DNA of 50,427 bases, from the NCBI GenBank assembly GCA_038327245.1, contig JBBQKV010000003.1, positions 1 to 50,427 on the forward strand, read 5' to 3'. The notes below the pieces were generated by a model, which made no database searches, was not told the DNA's origin, and saw only the letters and a list, made by a program, of their open reading frames with translations. This stretch comes from Acidobacteriota bacterium (GTDB taxonomy: Bacteria > Acidobacteriota > Thermoanaerobaculia > UBA5066 > Gp7-AA6). Of this stretch, positions 1 to 8,784 are shown in pieces. Made by a program: the position numbers and the translations under genes. Position 1 is the stretch's first letter. The number at the start of each line of letters is the position of its first letter.

Positions 1-363
1 TGGGTGGAAGCGAACCCGGACCTGTTCGGGCCGCTCGGCGAAACCGCTCGATTCGCGGTCGCGGAGAGCCCGCACGACTCGACGGCCCTGATCTTCACCC
101 GGACGCGTGACGGGGTCTCCGTCGACAAGACCCACTTCCTCCTGTTCCGCCGGGTCCCCGTGGTTCTCGCCATGAGTCCCGCGACCGCGGAGGAGCTCTT
201 CCTCCTGGATCAGCGGCAAGGAAATCGTTTCTGGGACGCCATGAAGTTCCTCATCCAGAGGCAGAGGATCGTGGCTTACGTGCTGGGTCCCCGCCGCGAG
301 CTCGACCGGGTGGGCCTGACCGGCTTCCTCCAGGTCATCGACGTGATCCCGCCCGAAAAATAG
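1..363 (+). CDS. Hypothetical protein, probably 5'-truncated by the window edge
   Basis: Frame is open from base 1 to TAG at 361-363 with GC3-rich codons; no recognised motif. Confidence 0.55.
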   Translation, partial: WVEANPDLFGPLGETARFAVAESPHDSTALIFTRTRDGVSVDKTHFLLFRRVPVVLAMSPATAEELFLLDQRQGNRFWDAMKFLIQRQRIVAYVLGPRRELDRVGLTGFLQVIDVIPPEK

Positions 364-369
364 GAGGCG

Positions 370-705
370 CTACTCCTTGGGAAACAGGCGGCGCAGAGAG
401 TCGCGAAGCGTCGCCCCCTTTCGGGTCAGCCGATACTCCGTGTGTCCTTCGTCCTCGACCGTCGCGCGCTGGATCAGCCCGACAGCCTCCAACTCCTGGA
501 GGCGAATCGCCAGGGTCGAGGACGACATTCCTCCGAGTTGCTCCTGGATCTCGTTGAAGTGGGCAACCTTTCGGGCGGCGATGACGTTCAAAACCGGCAG
601 GGCGTGTCGCCTGCCAACCGCCTGCACGAGCGGCTCCAGCACGCAGTAACAGGATCCGATCTCCTCGTCAGCGAGGACGCAGCCGCAGTCACCCGTCTCG
701 GTCAT
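370..705 (-). CDS. HxlR/YodB-family winged-helix regulator with Cys-rich N-terminus (111 aa)
   Basis: C-terminal part of ORF 370..1446, start moved to ATG 705. Motifs HFNEIQEQLGGMSSSTLAIRLQELEAVGLIQR and EYRLTRKG are HxlR-like; TAGACT lies 7 nt upstream. Confidence 0.85.
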   Translation of the reverse strand: MTETGDCGCVLADEEIGSCYCVLEPLVQAVGRRHALPVLNVIAARKVAHFNEIQEQLGGMSSSTLAIRLQELEAVGLIQRATVEDEGHTEYRLTRKGATLRDSLRRLFPKE

Positions 706-747
706 TAACGAAAGTCTACGACCGTGTTGTGCGCCTAGACTGAGGGA
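706..747. promoter_or_regulatory. 42-bp divergent promoter with two back-to-back TAGACT -10-like boxes
   Basis: AGTCTA at 713-718 and TAGACT at 736-741, 7 and 6 nt from the two divergent ATGs. Confidence 0.55.
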
Positions 748-1512
748 ATGCCGCCGGCCCGGGTCGTTTCGCTCTGTCCGTCGATCACCGAGACGCTGGT
801 CGCGATAGGCGGACTCTCGCGGCTGGTCGCCGCGACCCGGTACTGCGTGCGGCCCCAGGGCCTCCTCTGGGGCCTGCCGCGAATCGGAGGGACCAAGGAT
901 CCCGACGTGCCCCGCATCCTGGACCTCCGCCCCGACCTCGTTTTCGCCAACGAGGAGGAGAACCGGCTCGAGGACGTGGAGGCCCTTCGCGCGGAGGGCA
1001 TCGACGTCGACGTTTCCTTCCCGCGCCGGGTCGCCGACGTGCCGGCGGCGGTCCGGCAGTGGGGGAGGAGCCTGGGCGCGGAGGAAGCAGCCGGGGATCT
1101 CGCCCGCCGGATCGCCGGGGATCTCGCCGCGCTCGAGGCCGATCCGCGTCCCGGTTCGTTTCGGTACGCGTACTGGATCTGGCGCAATCCCTGGATGAGC
1201 GTGTCCGACGACACCTACGTGGCGGACCTGCTCCGGCTCGCGGGCGGCGTCAACGTCTTCGGCGGCGCGAAGGAGAGATACCCGACCGCGACCCCGGAGG
1301 ACGCGCTCGCGCGGGGGGCATCCGTCCACTTCTTCCCGAGCGAGCCCTATCCCTTCCGGGAAGAGAAGCACGGAGGAGAGGTGGCCGCGGTCTTCGGCGA
1401 GCGCGCCCGGCGCCTCTTCGTGGCCGGAGACGACCTCTGCTGGCACGGCGTGCGGACGCTCGACGGTTTGAAGGCCATACGCCGGCTTCGGGCGTACTGC
1501 GAACCCGGATGA
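748..1512 (+). CDS. BtuF/TroA-like helical-backbone metal or cobalamin binding protein, no signal peptide
   Basis: RVVSLCPSITETL, IGGTKDPD..I..L.PDLVFANEEEN, PSEPYPF and WHGVR motifs. Confidence 0.85.
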   Translation: MPPARVVSLCPSITETLVAIGGLSRLVAATRYCVRPQGLLWGLPRIGGTKDPDVPRILDLRPDLVFANEEENRLEDVEALRAEGIDVDVSFPRRVADVPAAVRQWGRSLGAEEAAGDLARRIAGDLAALEADPRPGSFRYAYWIWRNPWMSVSDDTYVADLLRLAGGVNVFGGAKERYPTATPEDALARGASVHFFPSEPYPFREEKHGGEVAAVFGERARRLFVAGDDLCWHGVRTLDGLKAIRRLRAYCEPG

Positions 1513-1572
1513 GGCCGGGAATCATTCTTGCTTCTCCTTCCGGTCACTCACGAAACGAGGGGAGATCCCTGC

Positions 1573-2736
1573 TTGAACCAATACACGGTCGTCCAGACGG
1601 ACATCGCCGATAGCGCGGAGGCCGGAACTGACCTGGGCGTCCGCATCCGCGAGGAACTTAGGGGTGAGAGCCCCGACGCTCTCATTCTCTTCGCCTCTCC
1701 GAAGTACGAGTTCCCGATCCTTCTCCGGGCGATCGATGCCGCCTGCTCCCCGGCGACCCTCGCCGGTTGCTCTTCGGCCGGCGAATTTACTAGCGATACC
1801 CGGGGCGAGGGATTCGCGTGCGCGCTCGCAATCCGCTCCACCGAGATGCGATTCGCCGTGGGCCTCGGCCGCGGAATCGCGGCGGACCCCGCGGCGGCGG
1901 CCGCGATGCTCTCGTCGTCGTTTCAAGGTCTCTCGTCTTACGACCACGCGTACCGCTCGGCGCTCGTCCTGACCGACGCCCTGGCGGGCCATACCGAGGA
2001 GCTGGTGGATCACCTGACTCTTCTGACGGCCGGCACATACCAGTTCTTCGGGGGCGGAGCCGGAGACAACGCGGAATTTCGGCGGACCGAGGTGTTCAGC
2101 GGGACCGAGTCGGTGGCCGACGCCGTCGTGGCGCTCGAGATCCTGTCCGAGAAGCCTCTGGGGGTCGGCGTGCGGCACGGCTGGGAGCCCGCGAGCGAAG
2201 CCTTTCGCGTGACGGAGTCCGAGGGAATGACGCTGGTCAGCCTGAACGCGACCCCCGCCGTCGAGGTTTTTGAGGCCCACGCCGAGGCCACCGGCCAGCT
2301 ATTCGATCGCACCGACCCGCTGCCCTTCTTTCTCCACAACATCCTGGGGATGCAGTCGGGGGAAGACTTCAAGCTCCGGGTGCCGCTGTCGGTTCAACCC
2401 GACGGCTCGGTGCTCTGCGCCGCCGCCATTCCGTCGGGCGGAACCGTGCGCGTCATGAGACCCTCGGCGTCCGCCTCCGAAGCCGGCGCCATTGCCACGC
2501 GTGCCGCGATCGAGAGACTGAACGGTCACGAGCCTCGGATGGCCATCTTCTTCGATTGCGTGGCGACGCGACTCCGGATGGGTAAGGACTTCGGTTTCGA
2601 ACTCCGCGACGTCGCCCGGGCTCTCGCCCCGGCGACGTATCTCGGCTGCAACACGCATGGCCAGATCGCGCGTGCGGAAGGGCAGTTCGGGGGGTTCCAC
2701 AACTGCACCGCGGTCGTCTGCGTCTTCCCGGAGTAA
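1573..2736 (+). CDS. FIST-domain signal transduction protein
   Basis: GCSSAGEF, FFGGGAGD, HGWEP, FDCVATR and GFHNCTAVV motifs. TTG 1573 chosen because GAGGGGAG lies upstream. Confidence 0.9.
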   Translation: MNQYTVVQTDIADSAEAGTDLGVRIREELRGESPDALILFASPKYEFPILLRAIDAACSPATLAGCSSAGEFTSDTRGEGFACALAIRSTEMRFAVGLGRGIAADPAAAAAMLSSSFQGLSSYDHAYRSALVLTDALAGHTEELVDHLTLLTAGTYQFFGGGAGDNAEFRRTEVFSGTESVADAVVALEILSEKPLGVGVRHGWEPASEAFRVTESEGMTLVSLNATPAVEVFEAHAEATGQLFDRTDPLPFFLHNILGMQSGEDFKLRVPLSVQPDGSVLCAAAIPSGGTVRVMRPSASASEAGAIATRAAIERLNGHEPRMAIFFDCVATRLRMGKDFGFELRDVARALAPATYLGCNTHGQIARAEGQFGGFHNCTAVVCVFPE

Positions 2737-2747
2737 AGGAGTCACGG

Positions 2748-4436
2748 ACGGCGCGGGAGAAGGAGAAAACGACGCTCCCCGAGCTGCCGATCCAGCTCAT
2801 CGCGAGGCTGGCGGACCGGTCTGGGCGGGAGGCTGCGGCGCGGGCCCTCGCGCGCCGGCTTGGTGCGGACGACCTGATCCTGTTCATCGAAGACTCCGAG
2901 CTCGGGGTTTACCTGCCGGCGCCCGGCTTTCCGCAAACTCTTCCGGGCGGGCGCGAGTGGACGGCGCTCGTTCGAAAGGCCCGCAAGCAGGGGCACGCGG
3001 AGTCGGATCTCGCGGTGACCACCGGAGCGGCTCGCGTTGCCGTTCGAGCCCGCGTGTCTTTGGACGGGACGGTCGTGGCGCTCCTGGGCGGGACGCCGGA
3101 TGCCGCCGGGCTAGAGCAGTTGCTCGAGGCGATTCCGTTGCTCGCCACGGCCCTCCAGTTGGAACAGCGGCTCGCCGTGGCGGAAAACCACACCGCTTCG
3201 GCGCAGCAGGCGGCGTCGCACGCCCGGGTCGCCACGGCGGCGCTCGACCGGGTCCGCGGAGAGTTGCAGCGCGCTCTCGGAAAGGTCCAGGAGATGGATC
3301 GGCGCAAGGACGAGTTCCTCGCCCTGCTCGCGCACGAGCTCCGCAATCCGCTCGCGCCGATCCTGACCTCTCTGGAGCTCTTGCGGATCGGCACTCCGGA
3401 GTTGGCGACTCGCGCGAGGGATGTGATCGACCGCAACGTCCGCCACCTCGCTCGACTCATCGACGACCTGCTGGACGTCGCGCGGATCGCGCAGGGACGA
3501 ATCGTTCTGCGAAAGGAATCCGTCGAGCTCGCGCGGGTCGTCGCGTCCGGCATCGAGATCTCCTCGTCCCTCATCGAGGCGCGGGGTCACCGGCTGGCGG
3601 TGTCGCTGCCGGAGGAACCGGTCTGGCTGGACGCCGACCCTCTGCGGCTGGCACAGGTCCTCTCCAATCTCCTCAACAATGCGGCCAAGTTCACGGATCC
3701 CGGCGGACGGATCGGGCTGACGGCGTCGCGGGAGGGTCCCTTCGCCGTCCTCGAAGTGAGCGACACCGGGATGGGGATTTCCCCGCAGCTTCTGCCCCGG
3801 ATCTTCGACCTCTTCGCGCAGGAGCAATCTTCTCTGGAGAGGTCCGAAGGCGGACTCGGGATCGGGTTGACTCTCGCGCGGCGCCTCGTCGAAATGCACG
3901 GGGGGGCGCTGTCTGCGGCGAGCGACGGCGTCGGAAGGGGGAGCCTCTTCCGGGTGAGGGTTCCGGCCGGCGAAAGAAGGGAAGCCGTTTCGGGCGTCAG
4001 CGGTGTCGTCGCGGCTCCCGAGGCACTCTCCCGCAGTTCCTCCGGTCCGAAGAAGCGCCGCGTCCTCCTCGTGGACGACAGCGCGGACACCGTCTCTGGC
4101 CTCGCCGACCTGCTGCAGGAGTGGGGGCACACCGTCCGCACCGCGCACGATGGACTGTCGGGCGTCGAGGCGGCGATGTCGTACCAGCCGGAGGTCGTCC
4201 TGCTCGACATCGGTCTGCCGGGGATGAACGGCTTCGAGGTCGCGCGGCGCTTACGGGCGGAGCCGAGCTTGCGCGACGCGCTCCTGATCGCGGTGACCGG
4301 ATACGGGCAGGACTCGGACCGCCGGCGATCCCGCGAAGCGGGTTTTGATCACCATCTCCTGAAACCGCTGGACTTCGACCGGCTGCGGTCCCTTCTCGAG
4401 AATCCCGGCTCCGACGCGATCAGCCCCGGCGGCTGA
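2748..4436 (+). CDS. Hybrid sensor histidine kinase / receiver protein; start uncertain (ACG 2748 proposed, first canonical start GTG 3015)
   Basis: H-box FLALLAHELRNPL, N-box NLLNNAAKFT, DTGMG and GLGIGL boxes, receiver VLLVDD...LLDIGLPGMNG...KP. Frame is open and protein-like upstream of 3015. Confidence 0.9.
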   Translation, partial: TAREKEKTTLPELPIQLIARLADRSGREAAARALARRLGADDLILFIEDSELGVYLPAPGFPQTLPGGREWTALVRKARKQGHAESDLAVTTGAARVAVRARVSLDGTVVALLGGTPDAAGLEQLLEAIPLLATALQLEQRLAVAENHTASAQQAASHARVATAALDRVRGELQRALGKVQEMDRRKDEFLALLAHELRNPLAPILTSLELLRIGTPELATRARDVIDRNVRHLARLIDDLLDVARIAQGRIVLRKESVELARVVASGIEISSSLIEARGHRLAVSLPEEPVWLDADPLRLAQVLSNLLNNAAKFTDPGGRIGLTASREGPFAVLEVSDTGMGISPQLLPRIFDLFAQEQSSLERSEGGLGIGLTLARRLVEMHGGALSAASDGVGRGSLFRVRVPAGERREAVSGVSGVVAAPEALSRSSSGPKKRRVLLVDDSADTVSGLADLLQEWGHTVRTAHDGLSGVEAAMSYQPEVVLLDIGLPGMNGFEVARRLRAEPSLRDALLIAVTGYGQDSDRRRSREAGFDHHLLKPLDFDRLRSLLENPGSDAISPGG

Positions 4437-5037
4437 GAAGGTCCAGGAACTCTTCGCGGACCGGCCGGTTGAAGAAGATTCCCCGGATCGCGGACGTCAC
4501 CGTGGACGCGCCCGGCTTCTTGACGCCGCGCATCTCGACGCAGAGGTGCCGGGCCTCGATGACCACCATGACTCCCTGCGGCCCCAGCTTCTCCGCCATG
4601 CAACCCGCGACCTGCTCGGTGAGCCTCTCCTGGAGCTGCGGCCGGCTGGCGTAGAACTCCACGATCCGCGGGATCTTCGAGAGGCCCACGATGCGCTCGT
4701 TCGGGATGTACGCGACGTGCGCGTGGCCGTAGAACGGCACGAAGTGGTGCGCGCACATGGAGTAGAACGGGATGTCCTTCTCCATGACCATCGCCGTGTA
4801 GCGCTCCTCGTTGGGAAAAACGGTGATCTTGGGCTCCGCTCCCTCCGCGAGACCGTGAAACATCTCCAGGTACATCTTCGCGACCCGTTCGTCGGTCTCC
4901 TTCAGGTTCGGATCGGAAAGGTCGAGGCCGAGCGCCTCGATGATCGCCCTCATGTGACGGGCGATCACGCGGACTTTCTCCGCGTCCTTTACGGAAGAGG
5001 GAGCGATGTCGGCGTCGTCGACCGGAGGGTGCGGCAC
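4420..5037 (-). CDS. folE: GTP cyclohydrolase I
   Basis: SMCAHHFVPF, GLSKIPRIV, PQLQERLT and HLCVEMRGV motifs. Confidence 0.96.
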   Translation of the reverse strand: MPHPPVDDADIAPSSVKDAEKVRVIARHMRAIIEALGLDLSDPNLKETDERVAKMYLEMFHGLAEGAEPKITVFPNEERYTAMVMEKDIPFYSMCAHHFVPFYGHAHVAYIPNERIVGLSKIPRIVEFYASRPQLQERLTEQVAGCMAEKLGPQGVMVVIEARHLCVEMRGVKKPGASTVTSAIRGIFFNRPVREEFLDLLSRRG

Positions 5038-5063
5038 GGCGCGATCATTCTAGCGAATGGCGA

Positions 5064-6164
5064 TCAGCTGATGGTCTTGCGGAACGCGCGCGTCGATCCG
5101 GCGACGAGCAGAACCGCCAGGACGATCAGGGCCACGACGCTCGGCCACAAATCCCAGAAACCCGCCCCGCGGATGATGATTCCGCGGGAGATCTTGATGA
5201 AGTGGGTGGCGGGCAGGAGTTGCGCGAAAACGCGCAGAGGGGCGGGCAGCGAGGACAGCGGAAAGATGTAGCCGGACAGCATGATCGACGGGAGCAGGAA
5301 CATCTGCGCGATCTGGGTCGCCTCCATCTGCGTCTTCGCCCAGGAGGAGACGAGGAGGCCGAGCGAGACCAGCGAGAAGAGGTACACCGCCGACAGCGCG
5401 AAGAGCAGGAAGACGTTCCCGTGGACCGGCACGCGGAACACCGTCGTCATGAGCACGAGCACGAAGAGGAGCTGCGCGTACGAGAGAACGACGTAGGGGA
5501 GGAGCTTACCGAGCACGACGGCGACGGGCGAGGCGGGGGTCACCATCAGCTGCTCCAGCGTCCCGCGCTCCTTCTCGCGCACGATCGCGAACGCGGCGAG
5601 CAGCGTTCCGGAGAACGTGAGCAGGATGGGGATCAGACCCGGGATGAGGAGGTTCGCGCTCCGCGAGTCCGGGTTGAAGAGGAGCAGGGGATGGACGCGG
5701 ATCGCCAGCCGTTCGAAGCCGACGCCGAGCTCCTGGAGCGACCGCGCGAGCGCGACGCCGTTCGCGGCGCCGAGAGCCTGGGAGGAGATCGAGGAGTCCG
5801 AACCGTCGATCAGGACGAGGACGTCGGCGGGCCGGCCGCCGAGCCGGCGGCGCGCGTAGTCCGGCGGGATCTCGATGCCGACCGAGGCGCGCCCCGAGAC
5901 GATCCTTTCGCGCATGGCCGCGCGCGAGTCGGCGTATCCCGCGACGTCGAAGAGCGACGTGTTGACGAACTCGCTCACGAGCTGCCGGCTCTCGGCCGTG
6001 CGGCTCTGGTCGAAGACGATCGTCGGAACGTGCCGGACGTTCGTGTCGATCAGACCGAAGAGGACGAGCTGAAACGCCGGGACCATCAGCGCGAACCGGA
6101 GAGTCCCCTTGTCGCGCGCCATCTGGACGGCCTCTTTTCGGAGAACCGCCCGGAATCCGCGCAT
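5064..6164 (-). CDS. ABC-2 exporter permease (YbhR/YbhS-like)
   Basis: Start moved to ATG 6164 ([11 protein letters not shown]); IVREKERGTLEQLMVTP and several TM segments. Confidence 0.92.
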   Translation of the reverse strand: MRGFRAVLRKEAVQMARDKGTLRFALMVPAFQLVLFGLIDTNVRHVPTIVFDQSRTAESRQLVSEFVNTSLFDVAGYADSRAAMRERIVSGRASVGIEIPPDYARRRLGGRPADVLVLIDGSDSSISSQALGAANGVALARSLQELGVGFERLAIRVHPLLLFNPDSRSANLLIPGLIPILLTFSGTLLAAFAIVREKERGTLEQLMVTPASPVAVVLGKLLPYVVLSYAQLLFVLVLMTTVFRVPVHGNVFLLFALSAVYLFSLVSLGLLVSSWAKTQMEATQIAQMFLLPSIMLSGYIFPLSSLPAPLRVFAQLLPATHFIKISRGIIIRGAGFWDLWPSVVALIVLAVLLVAGSTRAFRKTIS

Positions 6165-7168
6165 CAGGACGCCGCCCCGGGTCGGGCGGCGGCCTCGACT
6201 CCGACCTCGCCGCGCTTGCCCCTCTCGATCTCGGTCAGGCGGACGAAGACGTCTTCCAGGGATGCGTCGATCGGCCGGACCTTCACGGGAGCGCCCGCGG
6301 CCGCCTCGAGGTCGTGCGCAATACGCTCGTCCGGGATGTCGGCGCGCATGAGGACGTGGAGGGAGTTGCCGAAGATCGTGAGGTCTTCCACGTAGGGAAG
6401 AACCCGGGCGTGCTGCATGACGGCGGCGACGCCCGCCTCGCACTCCGCCTCCACGCGACGGGTGCCGGGAGGCGTGACCTCCGGAATCCGCGTCAGGTCT
6501 TTCGGATCGCCCTCGACGAGCATTCGCGAGAGGTACAGGTATCCGACGCGCCCGCATCGCTCGGCCTCGTCCATGTAGTGGGTGCTGACGAGAAGCGTGA
6601 CTCCGCCGGCGGCCAGCGTGAAGAGCAGGTTCCAGAGCTCGCGCCGCGCGACCGGATCGATGCCCGCGGTCGGCTCGTCGAGGAACAGGACCCGCGGCTC
6701 GTGCATGAGGGCCGCGGCGAGGGCGAGGCGCTGCTTCCAGCCGCCGGAGAGCTGCGCGGCCAGCCGGTCAACGTACGGGCCGATCGACGTGAGCCCGATC
6801 GTCCAGCTCCGCCGCTCCGCCAGCCGGGGTCCCTCGAGGCCATACACCTGCGCGAAGAACGTCAGGTTTTCCATCACCGTCAGGTCCTCGTAGAGGGAAA
6901 ACTTCTGCGGGACGTATCCGATCCGGCGCCGGATCTCCTCCCCCTGCGTCGCGACGTCGAGACCGTCGACGCGGGCGGAGCCCTCCGTCGGAGCGAGGAG
7001 GCCGCAGAGGATCCGGATCATCGTGGACTTGCCGGAGCCATTCGGGCCGAGGAGTCCATAGATCTCGCCCCGCGGCACGGCGAGCGAGACGCGGTCGAGC
7101 GCGCGGATCTTCCCGAAGTCGCGCGACACGCCATGGACCTCGATGCCGAAGGGGGTGGTCTCAGTCAT
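6164..7168 (-). CDS. ABC exporter ATP-binding protein (YbhF-like)
   Basis: Walker A GPNGSGKS, signature [27 protein letters not shown]. Confidence 0.95.
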   Translation of the reverse strand: MTETTPFGIEVHGVSRDFGKIRALDRVSLAVPRGEIYGLLGPNGSGKSTMIRILCGLLAPTEGSARVDGLDVATQGEEIRRRIGYVPQKFSLYEDLTVMENLTFFAQVYGLEGPRLAERRSWTIGLTSIGPYVDRLAAQLSGGWKQRLALAAALMHEPRVLFLDEPTAGIDPVARRELWNLLFTLAAGGVTLLVSTHYMDEAERCGRVGYLYLSRMLVEGDPKDLTRIPEVTPPGTRRVEAECEAGVAAVMQHARVLPYVEDLTIFGNSLHVLMRADIPDERIAHDLEAAAGAPVKVRPIDASLEDVFVRLTEIERGKRGEVGVEAAARPGAAS

Positions 7169-8093
7169 GGAGCTGGACGACCGCCGCCATTCCGGGTTTC
7201 AGCTCGGGAGCCGGGTCGACGGCGACCTTGACCCCGAAGACCTGGTCCATGCGCTGCTTCAGGGTCTGGACGTTGCGCGGGGTGTATTCGCCCTGCTCCC
7301 GGATGTCGACGACTTTCCCGGTGAACTCGCGGCCGGGGTAGCTGTCCACCGTGATCGAAGCCCTCTGTCCGAGGTGGACCTTCCCGAGCAGGGGCTCCGG
7401 AACCCAGACGCGGACCCAGAGCTGGCCGGGCTCCAGGATGCGCGCGACCGGCTGGTTCGGCGCGACGAGGTCGCCCGGCCGGAGGTCCAGGGCCTCGACG
7501 ACGCCGTCGGCCGGCGCCTTCACCACGGCCTCCTGGCTCTGCCGCAGGAGAAAGGCGAGGCGCTGACCGGCTTGGTCGAGCGCGCCTTGGGCGGCGTGGA
7601 CGTCCTCGACCCGGCTGCCCCGGGCGAGCTCGCGCCACGACTCGGCGGCCGTCTTTGCGGCGGTGGCCGCGTCGTCGTACTGCTGACGCGGAATCAGTCC
7701 CTGGCGGAGCAGAGTCTCGAGCCGCCGCCGTTCCCTCTCGGCGTTGTCGGCCTGGGCGCGCGCCCGAGCGGTTTCTTCGCGGCGGGGGCCGGCCTGGACC
7801 TTGGCCAGGTTGGCGCGGGCCTGCTCGACGACCGCGCGCTGCTCGCGGATCTGGAGCGCTCCGAGGTCGATTTCCAGGGTGACGAGCGGCTCGCCCGCTT
7901 TCACGGAGGAGCCTTCGTCGACGAGGACCGATGCGACCCGCCCGCCCACGAGCGAGCCGACCTCCACGTCGCGGGCCTCGATCGAGCCCGAAAACGTGAG
8001 GGGCCTCTCCCGCGTGCGCGCGCGCAGGACCCAGAAGGCGGCGGCGGCCGCGACGACGAGGACCACGAGGATCACGATCGTTCGGCGCTTCAC
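7161..8093 (-). CDS. HlyD/YbhG-family membrane fusion protein
   Basis: Start moved to GTG 8093 ([16 protein letters not shown] anchor); lipoyl-like repeats, coiled coil, [14 protein letters not shown]. Confidence 0.92.
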   Translation of the reverse strand: MKRRTIVILVVLVVAAAAAFWVLRARTRERPLTFSGSIEARDVEVGSLVGGRVASVLVDEGSSVKAGEPLVTLEIDLGALQIREQRAVVEQARANLAKVQAGPRREETARARAQADNAERERRRLETLLRQGLIPRQQYDDAATAAKTAAESWRELARGSRVEDVHAAQGALDQAGQRLAFLLRQSQEAVVKAPADGVVEALDLRPGDLVAPNQPVARILEPGQLWVRVWVPEPLLGKVHLGQRASITVDSYPGREFTGKVVDIREQGEYTPRNVQTLKQRMDQVFGVKVAVDPAPELKPGMAAVVQLHD

Positions 8094-8734
8094 GATGTCG
8101 GCTTCCTCCTCCGGCGCCCGTTCCGGATGGCGCCGCAGTTCCAGACGGCAAGCAGGGTATCCACGTATCGCGTGAGCGGCACCGGCGGCTCCGAGATCCG
8201 TACCACCCGGTGCAGGAACACGTACGCGTGCAGCGAGCCCAGGAACGCGAGCGCCGCGGCCCGCGTGTCGCGGACCTCCAGGCGGCCCGCGGCCCGGGCG
8301 CGGCGGAAGTACGCCTCCAGGAGCGCCAGCGCGCGGGCTGGCGGCGTCGGACGGCGGCGCGGATCGAAGGGGAGGGTAATCGTCCGCGCCGCCTTGGCCG
8401 ACCGCGCGCGGAGCCACCGCGCGATGTTCTCGCCGAGCTTCGCTTCCAGGAAGGGGACGACCGCGAACGCGAGGCGCCGCAGGACTTCGGCCGGGTCGTC
8501 CCGGCCCTGCGCCGCCGCGAGGAACTCGATCGGGGGCAGGTCCTCTGCCCGAGCGGACATCGCCGCGGCGAAGAGGTCTTCCTTCGTGGGCGCGTGGCGC
8601 AGCAGCGCGGCGGGGGAGAGGCCGACCCTCGCTCCGATCGCCGCGAGGGTGGTTCCATCGAAGCCTCTCTCCGAGAAGGCTTCGCGCGCCGCGCGCATCA
8701 CGTCGTCGCGGCTGACCCGCGCCGGACGGCCCAT
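8090..8734 (-). CDS. TetR/AcrR-family regulator, first gene of the exporter operon
   Basis: AAREAFSERGFDGTTLAAIGARVGLSPAALLRHAPTKEDLF helix-turn-helix. Confidence 0.92.
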   Translation of the reverse strand: MGRPARVSRDDVMRAAREAFSERGFDGTTLAAIGARVGLSPAALLRHAPTKEDLFAAAMSARAEDLPPIEFLAAAQGRDDPAEVLRRLAFAVVPFLEAKLGENIARWLRARSAKAARTITLPFDPRRRPTPPARALALLEAYFRRARAAGRLEVRDTRAAALAFLGSLHAYVFLHRVVRISEPPVPLTRYVDTLLAVWNCGAIRNGRRRRKPTS

Positions 8735-8742
8735 GGTAAGTA

Positions 8743-8758
8743 ACTATACGCTCGTTTA
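8743..8758 (-). promoter_or_regulatory. Probable TetR operator overlapping the -10 box
   Basis: Imperfect palindrome TATACG-CT-CGTTTA at 8745-8758; minus-strand TATAGT at 8743-8748 lies 8 nt before the tetR ATG. Confidence 0.6.
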
Positions 8759-8784
8759 CTAAAGACGGGGACACGCGGCACGGA

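Noticed and set aside
1573-4436. FIST-kinase pair as a mobile island
   Set aside because: Codons look slightly more AT-rich by eye, but there is no integrase, tRNA, att site or flanking repeat; a computed GC3 profile would be needed.
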